A stretch of 63,972 nt of DNA, the filler included, from Reticulomyxa filosa (Eukaryota; Protista; Foraminifera): NCBI GenBank assembly GCA_000512085.1. It is 20 parts of 20 records of this genome, joined end to end, with 100 filler letters (N's around TTAATTAATTAA, not from the genome) between each part and the next. Parts side by side here need not be neighbours in the genome. Positions count along the whole stretch, not along the records: positions 52,474 to 54,133 come from ASPP01037631.1; positions 54,234 to 55,797 come from ASPP01013568.1; positions 55,898 to 57,132 come from ASPP01025063.1; positions 57,233 to 58,510 come from ASPP01033669.1; positions 58,611 to 60,338 come from ASPP01021384.1; positions 60,439 to 61,543 come from ASPP01008844.1; positions 61,644 to 62,718 come from ASPP01042105.1; positions 62,819 to 63,972 come from ASPP01003506.1; 12 more parts are not named here. One strand, given 5' to 3'. A program made the translations under genes and the position numbers. The stretch's first letter is position 1. Every line of letters starts with the position of its first letter. Below are positions 53,415-63,972 of this stretch, one piece after another. Below the pieces are notes generated by a model that saw only the letters and a list, made by a program, of their open reading frames with translations, was not told where the DNA came from and searched no databases.

Positions 53415-54133
53415 TTGAGCAGACTAAAGACTGCTTTCTGCAATATTCTCTCCCTTTCATTACAGTCCAAATATCAGGCTACTCAATATGTGTTATTGAA
53501 AGACGAAGTTCTTATTTTCGAAGGCGAAAACAACAACGAGTGTTATTCGTATCACATTGAAAAAAAAATAATACTTATTGATCTGTTCCTACTAAATTCA
53601 TGGCCGTTAGTGGCAAGCTCTCAAATTGGGGAATTGAGTGACAATTTGGAGGGAGTACGTAGAGTGATTGGAGGAATGAACAATGATCTCTTATTTATTA
53701 TTTATTATCCAAAAAAAAACATACAAGTGATCGATCTGAAAACAATGAAGCCTTTGGTAGAGATTAACAAAAATATGATATCCCAAATGAAGAAAACAAT
53801 CTTGAGATTATATGTCACTGCTTTGTTCCCTCCTCCCCTGACCATGAATAGTACAAAAAAGGTAATCAATAATTTCTTGTTATTTCATCGCAATATCGGA
53901 TTATTGATCAGTTTCGATGAAAGTCAGTGCACATTTAGATATTTGGAGACTGAAAGAGAGTATTGAAAATTTGAAGCTTTCAAGACCATATGTGATTACA
54001 AAAGAGATGGAAGAAAAAGAAGTCGAACAATGGATTGATACAAAAGTAGAGCCTCCGAAAGAGTGAGATGATATTCGACAACAAATGAAAGAACTTGATA
54101 ATAGCTTAGTACAGTTGAAAAAAAGCCCGTGAT
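53415..54133 (+). pseudogene. Degenerate Kelch-family pseudogene
   Basis: DEVLIFEG..NECYSYH, LEGVRRVIGGMNNDLLFI; internal deletions and frameshifts relative to 29670-30704. Confidence 0.65.
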
Positions 54134-54723
54134 NNNNNNNNNNNNNNNNNNNNNNNNNNNNNNNNNNNNNNNNNNNNTTAATTAATTAANNNNNNNNNNN
54201 NNNNNNNNNNNNNNNNNNNNNNNNNNNNNNNNNTTACTTGCGCCATGTTTCGAAAGGGCTCAAGAACAAAGAATTTTTTCTTTTTTTTGAGGTGTGCCGC
54301 CTTAAAAAAATATTTTTCTTGGGTTGGTGAAAAACAACTCAAAATTTGCAATTTGGGAATGCAGAATAATGTAGTAAACAGAGCACACTTTTTTCAAACA
54401 GTACGTTGTTGCATTTGCAAGTTGAGTTTAGAAAGCATTTGAATATTCAGAATTAGAAGTGATAAGTCATATTTTACAATTAAAAAATCGAGCACATGAA
54501 ACTCTAGATTTTAAAGAGCCGGAGGTTCACACAGTGTGGTGTGTATCCTAGCTTTTTGACAACTTGATTGATGCTTAGCATCTATCATTCCCAATAATAA
54601 TTCTTGCTTTTTTTTTTTTTGAATTCCCTCAATCAAGCGTTACTTCGTTGTATAATAATAATAGAGTCAATTAATTAACTCAGGACACAACAAAAAACTT
54701 GAAAAACCTGAGCAGCCGAGACA

Positions 54724-55722
54724 ATGGGGAGTTGTACGACGTGTTCGCAAAGTGAAAAAGACGACAGAGAAGACTCGATATCATCGACAGGGATATCAGA
54801 CGTGTCAACAAAGAAAAAAGAAAAGAAGCAAAATGGTGACCAGAAGACAGTAGAAGACTCTGGGAACAAAGGGAAAGAGACAAAGACGTCTCTAGCGACG
54901 GCGACAGCCATATCAACAGCGACGACAATGTCAGAGTCAGGGATAAGTTCAGGGTCGGAAGTGACCGGAGCAGGGACAACTCAAACATTGAATAGTGGCA
55001 CTTCGAGCAAGGAGAGCGAGTTGGGTAGCAAGGTTAATCGCAAAGGGCCTTTTTCATTTGTGCCGGCATCGCACATATTGGCGAATGTACTCACATTGTT
55101 TGACGTGGAAAAAGAACTGGGTCGTGGTGCGTCGTGTCGAGTATTGCGGGTATGTCGGAAGTCGGACAAGAAATTGATGGCTATGAAAGAGATGCGAAAA
55201 AATGATCGCTGGAATCCGATGTTATTCGAACAAGAGGTTCATATGTTACAAAAATTATCGGGTCATCCGAATATTCTACAGTTTGTTTTTTTTTTTTTTT
55301 TTTTATTACGTATACACCTTCTCTCTTCCCTCTTCCCCTCTTTTTTTTTTTTTTTTTTCTCTACCTTCCCCCTTTGGTAGACCTCAAGAAAGAAATTACA
55401 TGTGTTGATATGTGCATTAACTCTTTGACTAGCTTTGAAGACTGTTACATGGATGACAACAATTTTTATGTGTGTACCACTTTGTGCACCGGTGGGGAGC
55501 TATTTGGTATGTCATTTGTGTATGTGTGTTTTAATATAAACAGGATTGATAATTGACGTAGTTGCTTTCTATTATTTCTTTACATATACAAATTATGTAA
55601 AGATAGAATCAAAGAACTGCGGCATTTTCCTGAAAGGGATGCCGTCGAGATTACGAAAGCACTTTTAGACGCTATTGGATATTGTCATGACCGAAATATT
55701 GTTCACAGAGACTTAAAGCCTG
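54724..55722 (+). CDS. N-myristoylated CAMK/CDPK-type Ser/Thr kinase, 3' truncated
   Basis: MGSC N-terminus; ELGRGASCRV, AMKEM, GHPNIL, LCTGGELFDRI, YCHDRNIVHRDLKP across three exons. Confidence 0.88.
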
Positions 55723-55907
55723 GTATTTGTCTTTGTTGTATATTCAAAGTCCTCATTTAACAAAATGGCCTACCAAAAAAAAAAAAAAAAAAAAAAANNN
55801 NNNNNNNNNNNNNNNNNNNNNNNNNNNNNNNNNNNNNNNNNTTAATTAATTAANNNNNNNNNNNNNNNNNNNNNNNNNNNNNNNNNNNNNNNNNNNNAAG
55901 AACGAAA

Positions 55908-56195
55908 GCGCCATGACTGTCTTTGCTAAAACTCTTTCATATATGTACCGATTGAAATTCTTTCATTCTTCCAATTACGGACCGTCGCAATTGTCAAGTA
56001 TGAAAGAAGTGGACTCGAAACAAGAATGAAAGAGTCTCAATCGTCAAGTATGAAAGACCTTTAATGGTAAAAGAATGAAAGAATTACAACGATACAAATA
56101 TAAAAGAGTTGTAGCATAGGCAATGCAAGCGACAAGTATGAAAGAATTGCAATCGGTACAAGAGTGAATACAAATCAAGATGTAAGTATGAAAGC
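55908..56195. repeat. Degenerate repeat array with about 25-bp period (core AAG[T/A]ATGAAAGA) plus an inverted copy
   Basis: About 8 cores on + between 55996 and 56195; 55908-55971 is a diverged reverse complement of about 56070-56131. Confidence 0.65.
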
Positions 56196-56340
56196 ATTGA
56201 AGCAGTCAAGCAAACTTGAATATGATTTGATACGTTATGTTATTGTATTTTATGTTTATATTTTATTTGTATCGTATTTTATATTCAAAAAACATTATTC
56301 AACAACGATGAGAAATATAAGTACAATTTTATTTCTCTGG

Positions 56341-56420
56341 GCAATCTATGCCATTTGGAGGCAATGCGATATTTTCGCAACTTCTTTTTAGAAGACTGGG
56401 TTCGAATCCCAGAGATTGCG
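56341..56420 (+). ncRNA. tRNA-like cloverleaf with a long variable arm and a 5-nt anticodon loop
   Basis: GCAATCT/AGATTGC 7 bp; TGCC/GGCA D-stem with GG in the loop; TGCGA-TATTT-TCGCA; CTTCT-TTTT-AGAAG; CTGGG-TTCGAAT-CCCAG; discriminator G. Confidence 0.75.
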
Positions 56421-58610
56421 ATATATAAATAACATAAAACTTTGTAACACAATTAAAATTAGTATGTATTTCACTTATCAAAGATAATTTGAATATGGAA
56501 TTTATTTTCATCTAGTCAAGCAATTTATATACAATTGTAGAAAGTTTACTTTTTTATTGTATACATATATAACTAAAAAATATAATTGAAAGGATATTAA
56601 TATGATCAACAAATTCAGGTGTTCAATTAACATACAAATATTGTATGACCATTGTAAAATATTAGATATTTAATTAAAAGTAATGACATTGGTGATGATT
56701 CAAAAGTGATAATACAATCTTTTTTGTGATGAAGATAAAGATCAAGGAATAAGTCTTAAATTGTATCATCAAAAAAGAAAAAAATAATGAACAAAAATCA
56801 AATGATGATTTATGGTGTTTGTTTATATTACGGTCTATGGAAAGTTAGTTGCATTTTATTTTTCAATCTATTCATTTTAAACATTGGATTGTTTTATTTT
56901 TTGCTGTGATATTTGTCTTTTTATGAAAAGCACAATTCAATTAATATATACTGCTTCATCATTAAGCATTAAAATTGACAAAATATATAATTTCAAGTTA
57001 CATTGAAATCACAAAATATCCAAGCATTCGGTAAAAGCTGAAGAATTTGTTATTTCTCTAGAAAAAAGAGCTTTTACAAAGTTGTATAAACAGTGTTAAG
57101 AAACAACAACCTTTCGTTTTTGTAGCTGTCATNNNNNNNNNNNNNNNNNNNNNNNNNNNNNNNNNNNNNNNNNNNNTTAATTAATTAANNNNNNNNNNNN
57201 NNNNNNNNNNNNNNNNNNNNNNNNNNNNNNNNGGAATCGGCGCTTAGCTTACTGCAAATGCATGTAGTTTGTTTTTAAAAATGAAAACTATTTCAATTTG
57301 TAAGTGTGTTTATAGGGTTCAAGGGTAAAAAGAATTGTAAGTTTATTTATCTTTTATTTTTATATATTTTATTTCTATTTGATATCGAGTGATTGTGAAC
57401 ATTGGGGGAAGAAAGAAAATAAATGAAAAAGAGGGAAACAAATGGGAAAAAGATGGAAAATAAATTGGAGAAAGGGAAAAGTAAACGTGGGATGGGGGAA
57501 ACAAATGGGGAAAAGGGAAATGAAAATGGGGAAATTAGTTGTGAAAAATTTTTATTTAAGGAAATTAAAAATGAATTTAAAAAATGAAGAAAATGTTGAA
57601 AATAAAAAAAAGTGTTCAAAAATTTAAAAGGAAAAAAAAACAACAAAAGATGGTAATGAGAAAAATAAAGAAAAAAAGAAAAAAAAAAAAATTAAAAAGC
57701 AAAAAAAAAACGAAGAAAAAAAAGATAAGAGAAAAAGTAGAAGAAATTAAAAAAAGAAAAAAGGCAGATTATGACCTAAGCAGCGTTGATTTATTTAAAA
57801 AATGTTTTTGCTATTCACGCATGCGAGTGGAGGCGTTGGCGTTTCAACAATGTGCCTAGCGCGCAAGTGGAATCTCCTAAACATTAAAGGTCCGTTGTGG
57901 CAATCGAAAGAATTGGAAAGACTTGGCATGCAGTGAAGACGAACAAGTGAAATCGGCGTTGTTGGAGTGTTGCAAATTTTATGGACATTGAACAACAATA
58001 TATGATTGGATAACTATTGATCATGTCGAACTGATCATGGAAATGAATATAATTTATAAAGACAAAGATCGTGAGAAACGTGTCGTGTGCGTGCGCAAAA
58101 TCGCGGTTGAATTTTGATTGTGAGTTCGTTGGCGCGTTGGGTTGGTCGGTAAAGAACAGATAGAGTTGGTTGTATTTTCCGACTTATGTGCCTTGCGTTT
58201 GCCGAGAAAGTGTATATTACTTTACCAAACTGCCCTGGAATCGACTATGGAATACGGATGGCGTGTTGGGTACTCAAGGAAGCAAGAAAAAAGAGTAATT
58301 GGAAACACCACGATATAAAATTAGGACAGTGCGGCAAGATTCTATCAAATCAATATCAAACAATACCTAGACCTTGGCGCTGTCAAACATAGAAGCAAGT
58401 TCGCCAGTAAGAAAAAAAGAAACGGTGATGGCACGCAAAGTAAGAGCAATATCGATATTATGGTATAGCGACGACAGCAGTGGCCGGACCGACGAAGAAG
58501 TGGAAAGCGANNNNNNNNNNNNNNNNNNNNNNNNNNNNNNNNNNNNNNNNNNNNTTAATTAATTAANNNNNNNNNNNNNNNNNNNNNNNNNNNNNNNNNN
58601 NNNNNNNNNN

Positions 58611-59042
58611 AGAGGAAGAGGAGGAGAAGGGGAAAAAAAAATAAAAAAAAACAAAACTCGATCAATTGGACCGACTTCGTAAGGACCACTGAGTTGGGCT
58701 CCGTCGTGTTTCATTTGGAACGACTCTTCCACGCGGACATTGCCCCAATGGGAGATCTCGATATCGCGGACCATTTCCGTCACGGTCAAAACGGGAAGGT
58801 GGAACTGAAAGTGAAATCGGTAGGGGACATTTTCGAATGGCTTGATGCCAGTGAACGGCCCATACGTTAGCTTTTTATCTTCTTGGCTCACTGGTCTGTC
58901 CACGTGCATTTACACATATACATATACATATTCATATTCATATATTTGTATATTAATATTTATATTGTTTATATTTTTGAATAAGAAAAGAAAGGAGAAG
59001 TTATAAATAGAATAATAATTATTGAATATATGAATGAGTATG

Positions 59043-59080
<38 letters not shown>

Positions 59081-59836
59081 TAATAATAGTAATGACAATA
59101 ATAAGAATAACAATAGCAATAATTTAACTTTGGAAAAGATTTGAATTTGTCGGTCGGAAAAACATATTTACAATTCAATTTATTGGTTTGATAGGGCGAC
59201 AAGAAATTTCGATTGGTGGTAAGCACCACGAATTGTTTCCCAGTTTTTGCAATCTTTTCTGGCAATGGTTCCAACAGGTGGACCCATGCCAATGCCAGCT
59301 CCAAATGAACTACCGTTTGGCCATTGTCGCCAGGCAGACTTTTTGGCAACTGCACTGAATAAAACACCATGTCATTCACATCCGTGTCAATTGACTTCGC
59401 GTCCTCTCCACTGATCTGGACATTGCTTTGTGCTACCAATAGTTCTCTTTTTGACGATGGCTCTATCGCCTTTCCTCACATTTTTTTTTTTTAATAAAAA
59501 AACATCAAAATTGTGTCCCCTTTTTTTTTTTAAATGGCGTGTTTGAACGAAAGGGGGCGAGTCATGCTTTTTTTTTTTTTTTTGAACCTGCAATCGGGCC
59601 AACTTGTGATGGATTGACTTTGGAATTGCGATTAAATAATGATCGGCCACTTTGTTGCCTTTGTTGATCACTTCCACACTCACCACATTTTTTATCACTG
59701 TTGACAAAAAATAGGTTGACGACTGAACTCGACTATTTTGCAAGCCACTGTAGAACTGAAAGGACTGTGCTGTCTTCGATCCATTTAGAATCCACAAGAG
59801 GCACGACAAAAAAAACAGAACCAATCGGGCAAACAT
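58611..59836 (-). CDS. RPN1: Ribophorin I (oligosaccharyltransferase subunit), 3' truncated
   Basis: Signal peptide; HLLEPLPEKI, FLSPYQT, LTYGPF, RDIEISHWGNVRVEE, KHDGAQLSGP. Confidence 0.9.
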
Positions 59837-60438
59837 TATATTCTCGTTGTCTTTTTTTTCCCCAAATTGGATTAATCTTAGGTTTTACAAATTTTTCACA
59901 AAAAAAAAGGAGCCAGAACGGAAAGAGAAAAAAAAGCAAGAAATTGCTGTCATTTGCTTGCCTTGTGATAATTACAGAGAATAGTCCATTCTTTTTTTTT
60001 TCCCTTTTACTCCGTGTAGTTTTAAAGAATTTTGATCGCACTTTTTTTTTTGGAGTAAAAACTTGTAGGCTTTGCTGTAAAACTTTTGACAAGGGAAACT
60101 CGGAAAAATTCGACGACAGACAAGAGAACATGAACACGTCTCTACTGATTATGATCCAATGGATCGGGAGGATCACTTGGGTTGCTATTTTGCTTGGCTC
60201 TCTTGTCCGTAAAAGCATATTCATACTTGATTTCATATTTTTTTTAAACTTTTTTTTGTTTCATTACGTCATCTTGGAATACACAGCTAAAAGGAAAAAA
60301 TTTTTTTTTTTTTTTTTTTTTTTTTTGCAAATAGGTATNNNNNNNNNNNNNNNNNNNNNNNNNNNNNNNNNNNNNNNNNNNNTTAATTAATTAANNNNNN
60401 NNNNNNNNNNNNNNNNNNNNNNNNNNNNNNNNNNNNNN

Positions 60439-60477
<39 letters not shown>

Positions 60478-60493
60478 CCAATGTTACTACTAC

Positions 60494-61509
60494 ATGCGCG
60501 CACATGCACACACAAAATACAAAGACAAAGATTTCAAAAGCAAGAAAATAGCGCTGACACAATTTGAATTGAGGGCGACATTGGGCACTGGCTCGTTTGG
60601 CCGCGTGCGTTTGGTGAAATACAAGCCGTCCAATGAACACTTTGCAATGAAGATACTACGCAAGTCCAAAGTGGTTGAAATGAAGCAGGTCAATCACATC
60701 AAATGGGAAAAGAAAATCTTGTCTTCCATTCGACACCCTTTCATTGTAAATATGGAAGCTTCTTTTCAAGACAGATGCGTTACGTATATTTGTGTATATT
60801 TACTTTGTTTTATTTGGACATGGACAAATGAATAAATCAATACACGTATGTATGTGGATATAAATATATATGTATATAAATAAATCACAGTTTTTGTACT
60901 TGATATTAGAGTTAGTGTCAGGTGGTGAGTTTTTCTCATTGCTAAAAAATCAAATGTGTTTGAAAATGCAACATTGCGTATTCTATGCGTCACAAATTGT
61001 TCTTGTGTTCCAATTTTTACATCGCAATAAAATCGTGTATCGCGATTTGAAACCTGAAAACTTGCTGATTGGCGCGGACGGCTATTTGCGAGTCACCGAC
61101 TTTGGCTTTGCCAAAAGACTCGAAAAACCTTATCGCACATGGACTCTGTGCGGAACGCCAGAGTATATTGCGCCCGAAATTTTATTGAATCGTGGTCATT
61201 CTTTTTCGGTCGATTGGTGGGCCTTGGGCATACTACTTTTTGAAATGTTCACCGGGTATTGCACATTGTGTTGCTCTTACTCCTCGCTGGTTGATACAAA
61301 TGCTTGTGCCGACTCATAGAGCCCCACCGTTTAATGACGAAAATGCAATGAAGATATATCAAAAGATTCTCGATGGAAGAGTTGACTACCCTCCGTCCTT
61401 GCCGTTACGAGCCAAAGATTTCATCTCCAAATTGTTAACAAAAAACTTAGCTTTGAGAATAGGAAATCAAGAAAATGGAGCTGTGGATGTCATGAAACAC
61501 CTTTTTTGA
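60494..61509 (+). CDS. cAMP-dependent protein kinase catalytic subunit (PKA/PRKX-like), partial
   Basis: [73 protein letters not shown]; introns from 60779 and 61256-61319. Confidence 0.92.
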
Positions 61510-61643
61510 AGTTTTTTTTTTTTTTTTATTCTTCGTGACATATNNNNNNNNNNNNNNNNNNNNNNNNNNNNNNNNNNNNNNNNNNNNTTAATTAATTAAN
61601 NNNNNNNNNNNNNNNNNNNNNNNNNNNNNNNNNNNNNNNNNNN

Positions 61644-62718
61644 TAAAGTTTTTAACTCTTCAATGGATATATTTAATGATGGAAATGCTAATACAGATGT
61701 GTGCAAAGAATGTGCAGAATTGCTTGGGACAATTGCAGTGAATCTAAATGGAAAACATTTCGATGATGCTTTTAAATCTTTGGCAAATGAATTAAAAGAT
61801 AGTGACAAGAGTGTTTGGACGTCATGTGTACAATTATTTGTAACACTTTCAGAGAAATGGAATGAAAGATAATTGGATATTACTGTTCAATGTTCGATTG
61901 ATGGATTTCAAAATATAAATGGCATTGTTGTGATATATCCATAGATTTACTTGAAGAAATTGCAATGAAGTTGAACGAAAAACAAATCGACCCTGTTTTT
62001 ACATGTGTGATCAATGGACTCAAAGCTAACGATGAAAAGAATCAAAAAATTGTATGCAGAATCTATTGAATATGTTTCAATCAAATTAAACAAAAAGCAA
62101 TTGGATGACGTCTTTGAATGTTTGAATAATAGACAATTGGATAAAGTTTTCAGTTTTTTTGTTCATGGATTAAAAGATACAAATAAATGGGGTCGTGAAT
62201 CATGTGCAAAATTACTTGGTATAATTGCAACAAAAGCGAGTATCGAACACTTTTTACAATTGTTTCTCACTTTGATGAATGGATTAAAAGATGATAATAA
62301 AAATATTCGTGAATCATGTACAAAATCACTTGGAGTAATTTCAGAGAAATTGAATGAGAAATAACTGGAAGGAGTTTTCAATGCTTTGCCAATTGAGCAG
62401 AGATTCTCTTGCTTTGATTCATATGAAAATGCACTTGAAGAAATTTCAACAAAATAGAATGAAAAACAATCAGCGAGGGTTTTCAACGCTTTGATTTTTT
62501 TTCCAAACATTCGATCAACACAAACAGTAACAAAGATAAAGATGAATTATTGGTGAACTTACTTCAACTAATATCAACTAAATTGAATGACAAACAATCA
62601 TATTTATTGGTGCGAAAAAGGGATGCACATGGTATGTTCGAAATGCATTGTCAAAAATATCCAAAGATATGTGGAGACGTGCAACAATTTGTGGATTGAA
62701 AGAAAATATCCAAATGAA
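61644..62718 (+). pseudogene. HEAT-repeat family pseudogene
   Basis: Repeats of KQLDDVFxCL..GLKD....RESCAKLLG with multiple in-frame stops and frameshifts. Confidence 0.75.
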
Positions 62719-63714
62719 NNNNNNNNNNNNNNNNNNNNNNNNNNNNNNNNNNNNNNNNNNNNTTAATTAATTAANNNNNNNNNNNNNNNNNNNNNNNNNN
62801 NNNNNNNNNNNNNNNNNNAAGGTTGGCCATATCATTTAATTCAAGCGGATGACCAAGACCAACACCAAAAGAATGGGAAGAGCTGAGCTAATATGGCAAT
62901 ATTTATGTGAAAATAAAGATAAACAAAAAGGAAATGAAAAGGAAAATAAAAAAGAAGGAATGAATGTATATTCTAATGAAGGCAACAATGAACAAGAAGC
63001 AAGTGCCGCCACAACGGAAAATACAAAATCTCAGCCTCGACAAATCAGTGAAAACAAACGAGGTCATTTTCCAAATCAAAATTTTTAAACAAAATTAAAA
63101 TAATCTATTTTGTTTTTTCAAAACAACAATATTATCTTTTGCCCAAAATTATCTGTGAATGAATTGTATCATTACCAAACATAAGATTGATGCAATTACT
63201 TGAGATAAAGAAAAATTTATTTGAAGTGAGCGTTGCAGATATCTGAAATTATATTGGTGTGAAAGAATTTTTTTTAAAAAATGACTTGAACAAATTAAAT
63301 TTGATTTGTCAAAAAAAAAAAATCACAATTAACAATGAAATACATAAGTAAGTGGAAGCAATAAAAGGTAATTCTTTTCAGTTAGAAGCACGACCTTGAT
63401 AAATAAAACTTTACTTCGATTTAAAACAAATCGCAGTATTTTGTTATCATTTAAAAATTAAGTGGATACACCGATACCACTCTAATCTACAAAAAACATA
63501 ACTGCGACATTTCTCAAATATATTTTTTCTTCAATAGTCGGTTGTTTGAAAGTTGTAATATTAACTCGATATCGATCAAGTGAAAACAATCAATCCAAAA
63601 ATAATAAATTATGCATATCCGACTTGATAAAATTTTAGTTTTAAAAACTCTAAAAAACTATTAAAAAAAAACATTCTAAAAAACTTTAAACATTCCTTCA
63701 TGATATTTTCAGTA

Positions 63715-63972
63715 GTTCTTAAGATGAAAGAGTCAATAGTATCAATATATGCACCTTGTTGAATGCAATAACGAGCAATATCTCAATGTTGATTATTGAT
63801 TGCCAAACGCAATGGAGTTTGTCGATGTTCATTATATGAATCATCTATATCAATATCAGGATGATTTTGCAATATCAATTTGAATTGTGACAAGTCTCCT
63901 GATTTTTCTGCTTCATGAACAACAGTGTAACATCCTTTAAATACATTCTCATCATTAGAAACTTGTTCAATT
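63715..63972 (-). pseudogene. Ankyrin-repeat pseudogene fragment
   Basis: VHEAEKSGDLSQFKLILQNHPDID...QTPLRLAINNQH*DIARYCIQQGAYID with a TGA at 63783-63785. Confidence 0.65.

Noticed and set aside
55996-56195. CRISPR array
   Set aside because: Repeats are only 12 nt and degenerate, spacers are too short and mutually similar, there are no cas genes, and the context is eukaryotic
57770-58510. Possible LINE endonuclease remnant
   Set aside because: GC-richer and coding-like, but too degenerate to assign motifs by eye
63783-63785. TGA recoding (Trp or Sec) in the ankyrin fragment and at the SSL1 Cys position
   Set aside because: Intact genes use TGG for Trp and TGA as stop; both loci look like degenerate copies

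Overview
AT-rich eukaryotic genomic DNA. It is about 20 unrelated short contigs joined by an artificial 100-nt spacer (N44-TTAATTAATTAA-N44), so neighbourhood across spacers means nothing. The expanded Kelch, Kelch-WD40, HEAT and ankyrin families, the many pseudogenes and the intron style suggest a rhizarian or foraminiferan such as Reticulomyxa filosa (inference from recall, not a search). Recognisable genes: DNA polymerase alpha catalytic subunit, a Kelch-WD40 fusion, ChaC, a damaged TFIIH p44/SSL1, a CLASP-like TOG protein, IFT172, a spastin-like AAA ATPase, UBC4/5, an FSP1/AIFM2-like oxidoreductase, a sulfotransferase, a myristoylated CAMK-type kinase, ribophorin I and a PKA-type kinase. 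Most interesting signals: (1) an 80-nt fully paired tRNA-like cloverleaf with a long variable arm but a 5-nt non-decoding anticodon loop and internal T-runs, downstream of a direct plus inverted repeat array; (2) introns with U-rich 5' halves and A-rich 3' halves and no polypyrimidine tract, suggesting hairpin-bridged splicing; (3) a degenerate RelA/SpoT-like nucleotidyltransferase domain in a eukaryotic protein; (4) a roughly 200-bp TGTA...TACA element present on two different contigs.
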